Assembly: GCA_965203355.1 (NCBI GenBank)
Contig: OZ241889.1
Span: 3,488,001 to 3,552,000, forward strand
Source of the DNA: Candidatus Latescibacterota bacterium
GTDB lineage: Bacteria; Latescibacterota; UBA2968; UBA8231
DNA length: 64,000 nucleotides
Reading direction: 5' to 3'
How positions within the stretch are numbered: position 1 is the stretch's first letter; the number at the start of each line of letters is the position of its first letter. The translations under genes and the position numbers were made by a program. A model generated the notes under the pieces. The model saw only the letters and a program-made list of their open reading frames with translations, had not been told where the DNA came from and made no database searches. Shown piece by piece: positions 53,267 to 62,738 of this stretch.

Positions 53267-54379
53267 ATGAGATGGGCCCTCTTTCTCGCGGCGGTCCTGT
53301 GGGCGGCTTGGCCGCTCGCGGCCGAAGACCGCCCCGGCCTCGTGCTCGACGGCCAAGCCGCCCGGCTCGTCGTCGATTTAGGCGGCGGCTCCATTGCCGA
53401 CTTCCACCTCAAAAGCAATCCGCTCAATCCCCTGCAATGGGACTCGTGGTCTTTCGGCGAGACCCCGGACCAAGCACCGCCGATAGAGCCGCGCTCCATG
53501 GGGCACTTCCTCTGCCTCGACCGCTGGGGACCGGCCACCGCAGCCGAGCAGGCGCACGGCATGGGTTGGCACGGCGAGGCCACGCGCGTGTGGTGGACCG
53601 TAGATGAAGACGTCCGCGCAGCGGACGGGCACCTCGTGGCCCAAATGTCGGCCAAGCTGCCCTTGGCCGGCCTCGAGGTCTCGCGGTCGATTCGCCTGGC
53701 TCAGGATCGGGCTGTCTTTGCAGTCGCCGAAGCCGTCGCCAATACGCGCCATTTGGGCCGCGTGTACAACATCGTCCAGCACCCGACCATTGGCCCGCCC
53801 TTTTTAGACGAGAGCACTCGCGTCGACGCCAACGGCACACGCGGCTTTATGCAGGAGACGCCCATGCCAACGCCCGAAGACCCAGCGGTGCGCTGGCCTC
53901 ACGCACGCAAAAAGGACGGCACCGAGGTCGATATTCGCTACTTGACGAGCGATGCTTCGCCAGCGGTCGTTTCGTACATAATCGAGGAAAAATACGGCTG
54001 GACCACGGCCATCAACGCCAGCAAAGGGCTGCTGATCGGCTACATCTGGCCGACGGAAGAATATCCTTGGTTCGACGCTTGGCGGCACGTCCGCGACGGC
54101 CAGCCCTTTGCCCGGGGCCTAGAGTTCGGCACGACCGGCCTGCACCAACCCACACCAGTACTCGTGCAAAAAGGCCGCATATTTGGCCGGCAAATTTTGC
54201 GTTTCATCGACGCTGACGAGACCCAAGTTTTCACCTACGCCAACTTTCTCATGGAGATTCCCACCGACTTTGCCGGCGTCGCCGATGTCGAATACGCGGC
54301 CGGCCGGCTCCTAGTGCGCGAGGACGCCGAGCCGGGCCGCGAACTGACGATGGAAGTGGGAGCGCTTTTTGCGTGGTGA
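53267..54379 (+). CDS. Secreted hypothetical protein (galactose mutarotase/aldose epimerase-like fold likely)
   Basis: Signal peptide; GHFLC...HGEA...QHPT.G.PFL...RGLEFG; AAGGAG RBS. Confidence 0.65.
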   Translation: MRWALFLAAVLWAAWPLAAEDRPGLVLDGQAARLVVDLGGGSIADFHLKSNPLNPLQWDSWSFGETPDQAPPIEPRSMGHFLCLDRWGPATAAEQAHGMGWHGEATRVWWTVDEDVRAADGHLVAQMSAKLPLAGLEVSRSIRLAQDRAVFAVAEAVANTRHLGRVYNIVQHPTIGPPFLDESTRVDANGTRGFMQETPMPTPEDPAVRWPHARKKDGTEVDIRYLTSDASPAVVSYIIEEKYGWTTAINASKGLLIGYIWPTEEYPWFDAWRHVRDGQPFARGLEFGTTGLHQPTPVLVQKGRIFGRQILRFIDADETQVFTYANFLMEIPTDFAGVADVEYAAGRLLVREDAEPGRELTMEVGALFAW

Positions 54380-57300
54380 AGTGCGCCCTCCGCCCAGGAC
54401 AGATACTGACCGGCCCGCTGTTTAGCGAGCCGATGCGCGTGGAAACGGTGCGCGCCAACGGCACTGATTATCTGGCGGTCGGCCTGGTCGGCCAACGGTC
54501 CGAGCAATTCCGTCAGGTCGTGCTCTCTCCCGCTGACATTTCCAATTTGACCATTGCCGACCCAGTGCTTTCCTACGACGGCGACGGGCGGCTTTTGCGC
54601 CTCGGCCTCCAAGCTTACGCGCTCGGCATAGCCTACGAGTTCGATCCCTATTTCGGGCTTTCCATCTCGCGCGTCGATCCGCTGCCGCACCAACTCGAAG
54701 CGGTGTACGAGCACCTCCTCAAGCTGCCCAGTGTGCGCTTCTTGCTCGCCGACGACGCCGGCGCGGGCAAGACCATCATGGCCGGGCTCTTGATCCGCGA
54801 GCTCAAGCTCCGGGGTCTCATCGAACGAGTGCTCGTCGTCTGCCCGGCCAACCTGACGTTTCAGTGGCAGCGCGAGCTCAAGGAAAAGTTCGACGAGAAG
54901 TTCCTAGTGATGAAGGGCAGCGATATCCGCGATCAATTCGGGGTTAATCAGTGGCTAGAGCAAAAGCAAATCATCACCTCGCTCGACCTCGCCAAGCGCA
55001 CCGAGATCTTGCCCGGCCTGCAACAGGTGCCTTGGGACCTGGTGATTATTGATGAAGCGCACCGCATGTCGGCGCGGGACGAGACCCACAAGAGCCAGCG
55101 TTACCGACTGGGAGAATTATTGCGCGACTGCGCCGATCACCTGCTGTTACTGACCGCCACGCCCCACCGGGGAGACCCGCAGAACTTCACCCTGTTCCTG
55201 CAACTGCTCGATCGCGATGCGTACGCCGATGTGCGTTCAATCCGCGAGGCCATGGCGCGGCGGCGCGCCCCTTTTTACCTGCGGCGCACCAAAGAAGCCA
55301 TGGTGTATTTCCCCGAGCGTCAGACCGACGGAACATGGGCTGCGAAGCCGGTTTTTACCAAACGCATCCCGCACACCGCCGAGTTCGCTATTGAAGGGGC
55401 TGAGTTCTCGCTGTACCAAAATGTCACGCGGTTTGTGAAACGGCAGAGTGCCCGCGCCGCCGCACAAGGCGACGACCCGCGCGCCCGAGCCGTTGGTTTC
55501 CTGATGTCGCTGTACCAGCGGCGGCTCGCCTCCAGCACCTACGCCATGCGGCGGTCGCTCGAAAATCGCGCCCGGCGGCTGGAGGATGGTCTCAAGCGCG
55601 CCGAGGAGTTGGCGAGGACCGCACCGCCAGACCTTTCCGATTTAGCAGAGTTGGAGGAATTGGAAGATGCCGAGCGCGAGCGTCTAGAGGCCATGCTAGA
55701 GGCCATTACGCTGGCCGGCAACGCCGCGCAGATCCGCGCCGAGATCCGCGAACTTCGCCAGTTTGCCCAAGAAGCTAAAGCCGTCGAAGACTCAGGCTGC
55801 GAGGCAAAGCTCGGACATCTGCGGAAGATCATGCGGGAGGAAGGGTTTTTCGACCGGCCCGATCAGCAACTGCTGCTCTTCACCGAATTCAAGGACACCC
55901 TCAACTACCTGATGGAGCACCTGCAAGCCTGGGGCTTCCGCGTCGGCTGCATCCACGGCGGCATGACGCCTGGCTCACGCCGCGAACCGGGCAGCCGGCT
56001 CTACACCGAACAGCAGTTCCGCGAAGGTGCCATCCAGATTTTAGTGGCCACCGAAGCGGCTGGGGAAGGCATCAATCTTCAGTGCTGCCACATCCTCTTC
56101 AACTACGACATTCCTTGGAACCCGAACCGGCTCGAACAGCGCATGGGCCGCATCCACCGCTATGGCCAGCGACGCGATTGCCTAATTTTCAACTTCGTAG
56201 CGACCAACACTATCGAGGGGCAGGTGCTCCAGCGCTTGTTGGACAAGTTGCAAGAAATTCGCGACGCCCTCGACGACGACGCCGTGTTCAACGTGATCGG
56301 CGAAGTCTTACCGTCGGTCCGCGTCGAGGGCGTACTGCGGGACTACTACGCCGGGCGGTTGGGGGACTCTGACCTTGAAGAGCGGCTCTTGCAAGACGTG
56401 GATGAAGGCCGCTTCCGCGACATCTGCCAGACGGCGTTGGAAGGGTTGGCCTCTAAGAAGATCAACCTCGACATGCTCGTCGAGCGCCGGGCCAAGGCCC
56501 AAGAGCGGCGCGTCGTACCCGAGACCATTGCGCGGTTCATCGCCGAGTGCGCCCAACACGCGGCCCTAACGCTGAAGCCGGTACACCACTTGGCGCACAC
56601 CTTCGATCCGGGGCGCACCCCGTCCAAGTTGAAGGAATACGAGCGCGAGTCGGACTGGAGGCTCTCGGAACTGGCGATGCGTTATCCACGCTTGTCAACG
56701 GACCGCGACACCGCCGAACAACACAACCTCGAATGGGTGACCCCAGGGCACCCCCTGTTTGAGGCCCTGCGCCGGCACAGTCGCCAGCTCGGCCAAGAGG
56801 CCTTTGCCAAGGGGGCCTGTTTCCATTCCCTCGCACACACCGCACCGGCGCGCCTCGACTTCTACCGGGCGCAGGTCGTCGATGGTCTCGGCCAGGTGAT
56901 TCACGAACGGTTGTTCACCGTGGAGTTGACCGATGAAGGCGCACCCAGCCTCCGCGAGCCGGATGTCCTCGGCAATCTCAGTCCGGCTCCTGCTCCGGGC
57001 GATCTCCCGCCCGTAGCGGCTCTCCCAGAGGCGACCGCTTGGCTCCGCGAAAACGCCTTGGCACCCTTTATCAACGAAGTGCGCACCGAGCGTCTGGCCG
57101 AAGTCGAGCGCATTGCCAAGCACGTCGAACTGTCCTTGACCGAGGTCATACAGCGGGCCGACGAGGAGATTGGCCGCGCCGAAGAAGAGCCGCGTAATAA
57201 CGCAATCGGTGCTGAGGGCCGTTTGGCGCAGGCCGAAGCCCGCCATGCTGAGGTAATGGCCCGCCGCGACCGTCGGCGTGAAGAGTTTGAGCGGCAGCGG

Positions 57301-57795
57301 GCCCTGACCTTACAGAGAGTCGAGCGGCTCGCCAGCGTCTTGATCCTGCCTCACCCCGAGCGCGACACCCTCGATGTCCGGCGCTTGCGTCCCCATCCCG
57401 AAACCGAGATGACGGCCATGCGGGTGGTCGTGGAGTACGAGACCGCGCAGGGCCGTCAGGTCGAAGACGTCCACGAGAAAAATCTTGGCTACGATATAAC
57501 CAGCCTCGATCCAGCGTCCGGCGCGTTGCGTCTGATCGAGATAAAAGGACTCGCCGCCGCCACCGGCAGCATTCTGCTGACGCCCAACGAGCGGCGCGTC
57601 GCCGAAGATCGCCGCGATTGCTACTGGCTCTACGTGGTCACCCACTGCGCCAGCACCCCGGAGCTTCAGGAGCCGATCAAAGATCCAGCCCGGTTTCCGT
57701 GGCGCGAATTCACCAAAGTGGAGCACTACTATCTGAGCGTTGACACGCTCAAACAGCCGATGGAAATTCGGGAAGACGAAGGGCATTACCGATGA
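54373..57795 (+). CDS. SNF2-family helicase with C-terminal DUF3883 nuclease domain
   Basis: PLPHQ, LLADDAGAGKT, DEAH, LTATPH, EGINLQ, EQRMGRIHRYGQ, LGYDITS...IEIKG; start GTG 54373 or 54376. Confidence 0.93.
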   Translation: MVKCALRPGQILTGPLFSEPMRVETVRANGTDYLAVGLVGQRSEQFRQVVLSPADISNLTIADPVLSYDGDGRLLRLGLQAYALGIAYEFDPYFGLSISRVDPLPHQLEAVYEHLLKLPSVRFLLADDAGAGKTIMAGLLIRELKLRGLIERVLVVCPANLTFQWQRELKEKFDEKFLVMKGSDIRDQFGVNQWLEQKQIITSLDLAKRTEILPGLQQVPWDLVIIDEAHRMSARDETHKSQRYRLGELLRDCADHLLLLTATPHRGDPQNFTLFLQLLDRDAYADVRSIREAMARRRAPFYLRRTKEAMVYFPERQTDGTWAAKPVFTKRIPHTAEFAIEGAEFSLYQNVTRFVKRQSARAAAQGDDPRARAVGFLMSLYQRRLASSTYAMRRSLENRARRLEDGLKRAEELARTAPPDLSDLAELEELEDAERERLEAMLEAITLAGNAAQIRAEIRELRQFAQEAKAVEDSGCEAKLGHLRKIMREEGFFDRPDQQLLLFTEFKDTLNYLMEHLQAWGFRVGCIHGGMTPGSRREPGSRLYTEQQFREGAIQILVATEAAGEGINLQCCHILFNYDIPWNPNRLEQRMGRIHRYGQRRDCLIFNFVATNTIEGQVLQRLLDKLQEIRDALDDDAVFNVIGEVLPSVRVEGVLRDYYAGRLGDSDLEERLLQDVDEGRFRDICQTALEGLASKKINLDMLVERRAKAQERRVVPETIARFIAECAQHAALTLKPVHHLAHTFDPGRTPSKLKEYERESDWRLSELAMRYPRLSTDRDTAEQHNLEWVTPGHPLFEALRRHSRQLGQEAFAKGACFHSLAHTAPARLDFYRAQVVDGLGQVIHERLFTVELTDEGAPSLREPDVLGNLSPAPAPGDLPPVAALPEATAWLRENALAPFINEVRTERLAEVERIAKHVELSLTEVIQRADEEIGRAEEEPRNNAIGAEGRLAQAEARHAEVMARRDRRREEFERQRALTLQRVERLASVLILPHPERDTLDVRRLRPHPETEMTAMRVVVEYETAQGRQVEDVHEKNLGYDITSLDPASGALRLIEIKGLAAATGSILLTPNERRVAEDRRDCYWLYVVTHCASTPELQEPIKDPARFPWREFTKVEHYYLSVDTLKQPMEIREDEGHYR

Positions 57796-58172
57796 GCGAA
57801 AAGATCAAGCATCTCGAGTTCATTCAAGGCGTGGTCAATCGTCTTGGCACCAACTCGTTCCGTATCAAGGGGTGGGCCGTCATACTCGTGTCGGCACTTC
57901 TCGCTCTGATCGTCCGGGAAGATCGGCCCGATCTCGCTTGGATCGGACTCGTCCCGGTGTTCGTTTTCTGGGGGCTCGACAGCTATTTCCTGTGGCAGGA
58001 GCGGTTATTTCGCGACCTTTATGATCACATCCGCTTGCAAGAAAACCGTGTAGATTTTTCGATGGATACCTCGGCGTTTCGCCGATCTTGGCTTGGCGCG
58101 GTATTTTCGAGGACGCTACTTCCGTTTTACGGTGCATTGGCCGTAGCGGTCGCTATAGCCCTGTTTCTCTGA
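57792..58172 (+). CDS. Small 3-TM membrane protein, probable effector partner of the TIR protein
   Basis: KHLEFIQGVVNRLGTNSFRIKGW, WGLDSYFLWQERLFRDLY; three hydrophobic segments; ATGA-coupled to the helicase. Confidence 0.75.
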   Translation: MSEKIKHLEFIQGVVNRLGTNSFRIKGWAVILVSALLALIVREDRPDLAWIGLVPVFVFWGLDSYFLWQERLFRDLYDHIRLQENRVDFSMDTSAFRRSWLGAVFSRTLLPFYGALAVAVAIALFL

Positions 58173-58199
58173 TAACCCGCCAAAAAGGAGTATGAGCAG

Positions 58200-58697
58200 A
58201 TGAAACGCAGAGTGTTTTACAGTTTTCACTACGATCAAGATAGTTGGCGAGCCGCTCAGGTACGCAACATCGGGGCGATTGAAGGAAATGAACCTGCTAG
58301 CGACAATGACTGGGAGGCAATCAAAAAGGGTGGGGATGAGGCAATCAAAAAATGGATCGCCGGACAGATGCAGGGCCGCACCTGCTGCGTTGTGCTGGTT
58401 GGTTCGAATACCGCCAATCGTAAGTGGATCAACCACGAGATCATCGAGGCATGGAACAAGGACATGGGTGTCGTCGGGATACACGTTCACGGCCTGAAGG
58501 ACAGCGATGGACACACATCATCAAAGGGCAAAAATCCATTCGACTTCATTACCTTGGGAAAGCAAGGTGAAAAGTTGTCATCCGTCGTGAGGTGTTATGA
58601 TCCATTGGGCAAGAACAGTCGCGAATGTTATGACTGGATCGCCAGGAACCTCGCGAACGAGGTGGAGGAAGCCATTCGGATTCGGAATGCACGATAA
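58200..58697 (+). CDS. TIR-domain protein (ThsB/DUF1863 MTH538-like)
   Basis: RRVFYSFHY..D.WRA.QVRN, TANRKWINHEI (catalytic Glu), GVVGIH. Confidence 0.9.
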   Translation: MKRRVFYSFHYDQDSWRAAQVRNIGAIEGNEPASDNDWEAIKKGGDEAIKKWIAGQMQGRTCCVVLVGSNTANRKWINHEIIEAWNKDMGVVGIHVHGLKDSDGHTSSKGKNPFDFITLGKQGEKLSSVVRCYDPLGKNSRECYDWIARNLANEVEEAIRIRNAR

Positions 58698-58730
58698 CTT
58701 TTCAGTCCTGTTTTCTGATGAGATGAGCCG

Positions 58731-58855
58731 ATGCCCCCCGCAACTGCAAGCGTCTGGCGGAAGTGGATTTTCCGATCGTGGTGCTGTCGCGGTACGCGAC
58801 GCGGGAAAAGTCGATTCGGCCCCCCCTCGACGCTTCGTATGTGGTGGCGCGGCGA
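58731..58855 (+). pseudogene. Decayed duplicate of the 5' end of the second DUF1156 methyltransferase
   Basis: Reads [37 protein letters not shown] versus [39 protein letters not shown] at 59706-59837; its ATG is out of frame. Confidence 0.87.
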
Positions 58856-58858
58856 TTC

Positions 58859-58887
58859 TTGACAGCATGTTTTGCTATCATTAGGCT
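58859..58887 (+). promoter_or_regulatory. Promoter TTGACA-N17-TAGGCT with overlapping operator palindrome TGACAGCA-N5-TGCTATCA
   Basis: Direct reading; the 7/8 inverted repeat overlaps the -35 and spacer upstream of the antitoxin. Confidence 0.68.
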
Positions 58888-58917
58888 CTTTCGCCTCAAA
58901 CCGATAAGGAGGCTGCG

Positions 58918-59175
58918 ATGAGTTCCACTGTCACTGTCCGCGATATTGACCCAGCAGACAAAGCCTGGCTCAAACGAGAAGCGCGCCAAGTCGGCGTGTC
59001 AATGGAAGAGTTTATCCGCCGTCTGATCCGCGAGAAGCGTGCCAAGGCCGATCACCGCACAACACCTTCCGAAGTTTTCAAGCGGTATTTTGGCCCCGAA
59101 CATGGCGTCGATCTGCCGGAGTCTGGGCACTATGTCTACCGAAAGGTCGAGTTCGCTGGTCAGAGTGAGGCATGA
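58918..59175 (+). CDS. FitA/VapB-like ribbon-helix-helix antitoxin
   Basis: TVTVRDID...WLKREA...SMEEFIRRLI; AAGGAGG RBS; ATGA overlap with the PIN toxin. Confidence 0.82.
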   Translation: MSSTVTVRDIDPADKAWLKREARQVGVSMEEFIRRLIREKRAKADHRTTPSEVFKRYFGPEHGVDLPESGHYVYRKVEFAGQSEA

Positions 59176-59615
59176 ACGCTCCTGTTGCGTGGCTCCTCGA
59201 TACGAATGTCATCTCGGAGATGATGCGCCCGCATCCAGAACCGCGTGTCGCTGCGTTTCTGGATAAGATCGCTGACCAAGGAATTGGCCTTGCATCCATT
59301 ACTGTCTGGGAAATTCTCAACGGCATTGGCCTCCTCAATGTCGGACGGAGACGTGACACCCTCGCCGAGCGGTTTCAGAACCTTCTCGACGATCTCTTTG
59401 AGGAACGGATATTCGATTGGACTTTGGACGACGCTCGAGAATGCGCCCGCATCATGGAAGCGAAGCGGCGGCGGGGCGAGGCACTCGCAGACCACCTGCC
59501 GGACGCCTTTCTCGCGGCAACGGCGATCCGACGCAGCCTCACCATCGTCACCCGAAATACAAGTGAGTTCCGCAATACAGGCGTTGAAGTTGTCAACCCT
59601 TGGGCTGATGGGTGA
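59172..59615 (+). CDS. vapC: VapC/FitB PIN-domain toxin
   Basis: LLDTNVISE, ITVWEI, DAFLAATA, IVTRN..EF...VNPW. Confidence 0.92.
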   Translation: MNAPVAWLLDTNVISEMMRPHPEPRVAAFLDKIADQGIGLASITVWEILNGIGLLNVGRRRDTLAERFQNLLDDLFEERIFDWTLDDARECARIMEAKRRRGEALADHLPDAFLAATAIRRSLTIVTRNTSEFRNTGVEVVNPWADG

Positions 59616-59705
59616 CAGGCGGTTCCACTGGCGGCGTTGCTTGGTGATCAGCCGAACGAATTTTTCAAGCACCATCCTGCCTCGGCAGAAACAGAAAGAG
59701 AATCC

Positions 59706-62700
59706 ATGATCCCCAGAAAATGCAAGCGGCTCGCCGAAGTCGATTTTCCCATCGCCGAGGTGTCGCAGCACGCGGCGCGGGAGAAGTCGATTCGGCACGG
59801 CCATCCCTCAACGCTGCACCTGTGGTGGGCGCGGCGACCGTTGGCTTCGTCGCGGGCGGTGTTGCTGGCATTGCTGCTGCCGGACCCGTGCGACGAGCAC
59901 TGCCCGGCGGGCTTTAAGGAAGCGGCGCGTCAACTGCTTCCTTCGGTCGGCGGCGGGCGGGGCGAGACCGATGAAAAGTTGCGCCAAGGCTTGCTCAAGT
60001 TCATCGCCAATTTCGCCAACTGGGACAATGCGGCGGACCGCACCCATCTCGACGTGAGCCGGGCGTTGGTGAAGGCGGCGCATGGCGAAGATCCGCCGCT
60101 CGTGGTGGACCCGTTTGCGGGCGGCGGCTCAATTCCGTTGGAAGCGTTGCGGCTGGGCTGCGAGGCGTTTGCCAGCGATCTGAATCCGGTGGCGTGTCTG
60201 ATTCTCAAGGTGATGCTGGAGGACATTCCGCGTCATGGGCCGGGGTTGGCCGAGGAGTTGCGGCGGGTCGGCGGCGAGATTAAGCGGCAGGCCGAGCGGG
60301 AATTGGCCGATTTGTATCCGAGCGACCCGGACGGAGCGACGCCGATTGCCTATTTGTGGGCGCGCACGGTGCGCTGCGAAGCGCCCAACTGCGGCGCAGA
60401 AATTCCGCTGATGCGTTCGTTCTGGCTGTGCAAAAAGGCCAAGCGCAAGCGGGCTTTGCGGCATCGCGTCGAGCGGTGCGCGGGCGGGTCGCCGAGCGTC
60501 AAATTTGAGGGGGGGGGGGGGGGTAAATAGTTGTTTTTTAACAACTTATGATAAAAATTCAAAAGAGCCGCCGAGCGTCAAATTTGAGGTGTTCGAGCCA
60601 AAAGCGGACAAGGAGGTGCGCGGCGGCACGGTAGCGCGAGCGCGAGCAACGTGTCTGTGCTGCGGCGCGGTGCTGCCGCCGGAGCGAGTGCGGACGCAAC
60701 TTGCGGCCCAACGGGGCGGCGCGGATGTGATTTTTGACGCGGAAGGGAAGCGGGCGGGCGGGGCGCGAATGACCGCGGTGGTAACGCTCAAGCCGGGGCA
60801 GGCCGGGCGGCACTATCGCTTGCCGAATGATGCGGATTACGCGGCCGTGCAAAAGGCGCAGGCGCGGATAGCGCAGATTTTGGCGGAATGGGAACGGAAC
60901 GGGAAACAGGGGCTTTGCCCGGTGCCGGATGAGCCGTTGCCGCCGATCGGTACTTTGGGCTTCCGTGTGCAACGCTACGGCATGATGGAGTGGGGGGATT
61001 TGTTCACGGCGCGGCAGAAGGTGGCGTTGGGGGTGTTGGGACGAAAAACAGCAGAGCTTAAGCCAAGCATTCATCAGACCCTAACCGCATTGCTCTTAGG
61101 CAGAATGGCGGATGGGAATAATTCACTTACTCGCTGGGAAAGCGGTGCCGAAAACCCTGTAAATCTATTTGCACGTCAAGCCATTCCTGTAGTGTGGGAT
61201 TTCTGTGAGTCATCGCCAAAAAGCAATGCACGGGGAGTTTTCCTGTCGGGTATCACCGCAGCATGTAAGGTCATAGACGCTGGTCGATCCGTGGCGGAGG
61301 GCCAAGTCCAATCCGCCGACGCCATCAACTACCCACTCCCCGATCAAACCACTAGCGTCTGGTTCACCGATCCGCCCTACTACGACGCCATTCCCTATTC
61401 CGATCTCTCCGATTTCTTCCTCGTCTGGCTCAAGCGAACGCTCCCCGATAATCCATTGCTGCACGATCCGTTCGATCCGGATAATCCGCTCTCGCCCAAA
61501 ATAGCCGAGGCCGTCCAAGACGAAGTCAAATGCGATAATGAGGGTCGCCCCAAAGACCGCGAGTGGTTTGAGGAAACCATGGCAAAAGCCTTCGCCGAAG
61601 GTCGCCGCGTCCTGACGGAAGACGGCGTCGGCTCCGTCGTCTTCGCCCACAAAACCACCGAAGGCTGGGAAGCCTTACTCTCCGGCATGATTCGCGGCGG
61701 CTGGACCATCACCGGCTCGTGGCCGATTGCGACCGAAATGGCGTCCCGTCTCCGCGCCCGCGATTCCGCCGCCCTCGCCACCAGCATCCACCTCATCTGC
61801 CGCCCCCGCCCCGCAGACGCTCCCATCGGCGATTGGGCCGATGTCCTGCGCGAACTCCCCGTCCGCGTCGCCGACTGGATCGAACGCTTGCAGAGCGAAG
61901 GCATCCGCGGCGCCGATCTGGTGTTCGCCTGCATCGGCCCGGCCCTCGAAATTTTCAGCCGCTACCGCGCCGTCGAAACCGCCGAAGGCCATATCATCGG
62001 CCTGCCCGATTACTTGGAAAAAGTCTGGGAAGTCGTCGGTCGCGCCGCCCTGCAACAGGTACTCGGCACCGCCGAAGCGCGAGCGCGCAACGGCCTGTCC
62101 GGCGCACTCGAAGAAGACGCCCGCCTGACCGCGCTCTTCCTGTGGACGCTCCAAAGCACCACCCCTGCCGAGCAACAAGCCGACGCCGCCAGCGATGACG
62201 ACGACGCCAAAGTCGCCGCCACCGGATTCGCGCTCCCCTTCGACGTGGTGCGCCGCTTCGCCCAGCCCATGGGCATTGACCTCGACACCTGGACCAACCG
62301 CATCATCGGCCAAGAAAAAGGCGTCGTCCGCCTGCTGCCCGTAACCGAGCGCGCCAAAAAGCTATTCGGCGAAGAAGGCGCTGCTGCCGCCGCCCTCGCC
62401 ATCGAACGCGACCCGCAACCGACGCTCTTCCCCGCCGACGATGCGCCCACACTCGTCCGCGAGCCGAGCGCACATTACAGCGAATCCTCCGACGACCCTC
62501 TCGCCGCAACGCTCGGCGACACCACCCTCGACCGCGTCCACACCGCCATGCTGCTCCAGTCCAGCGGCCACGCCAACGCCCTGCGGACGCTCATCGGTGC
62601 CGAACAAGATCGCGGCCCGGACTTCCTCCGCCTTGCCAACGCCCTATCCGCCCTCTATCCTCAAGGCTGCAACGAAAAACGCCTTCTCGACGCCATGTTG

Positions 62701-62718
62701 CTGGCCGTGCCGAGGTAA
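59706..62718 (+). CDS. Second DUF1156 adenine methyltransferase, out of frame at a G15 tract (phase-OFF state or pseudogene)
   Basis: ORF 59706..60530 ([22 protein letters not shown]) continues in the +1 frame to 62718 (TDPPYYD); G14 would give one 1003-aa protein. Confidence 0.88.
60490..60589 (+). repeat. 21-bp direct repeat (CGCCGAGCGTCAAATTTGAGG at 60490 and 60569) enclosing a G15 tract (60509-60523) and an AT-rich palindrome
   Basis: Direct reading; repeat offset 79 bp; AGTTGTT-TTTT-AACAACT at 60529-60546. Confidence 0.95.
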
Positions 62719-62738
62719 GAACGCAAAAAGAGGATACC

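Noticed and set aside
58731-59837. Diversity-generating retroelement TR/VR pair (also 2078/3262 and 39594/40733)
   Set aside because: Differences are not adenine-specific, include indels, and no reverse transcriptase is present
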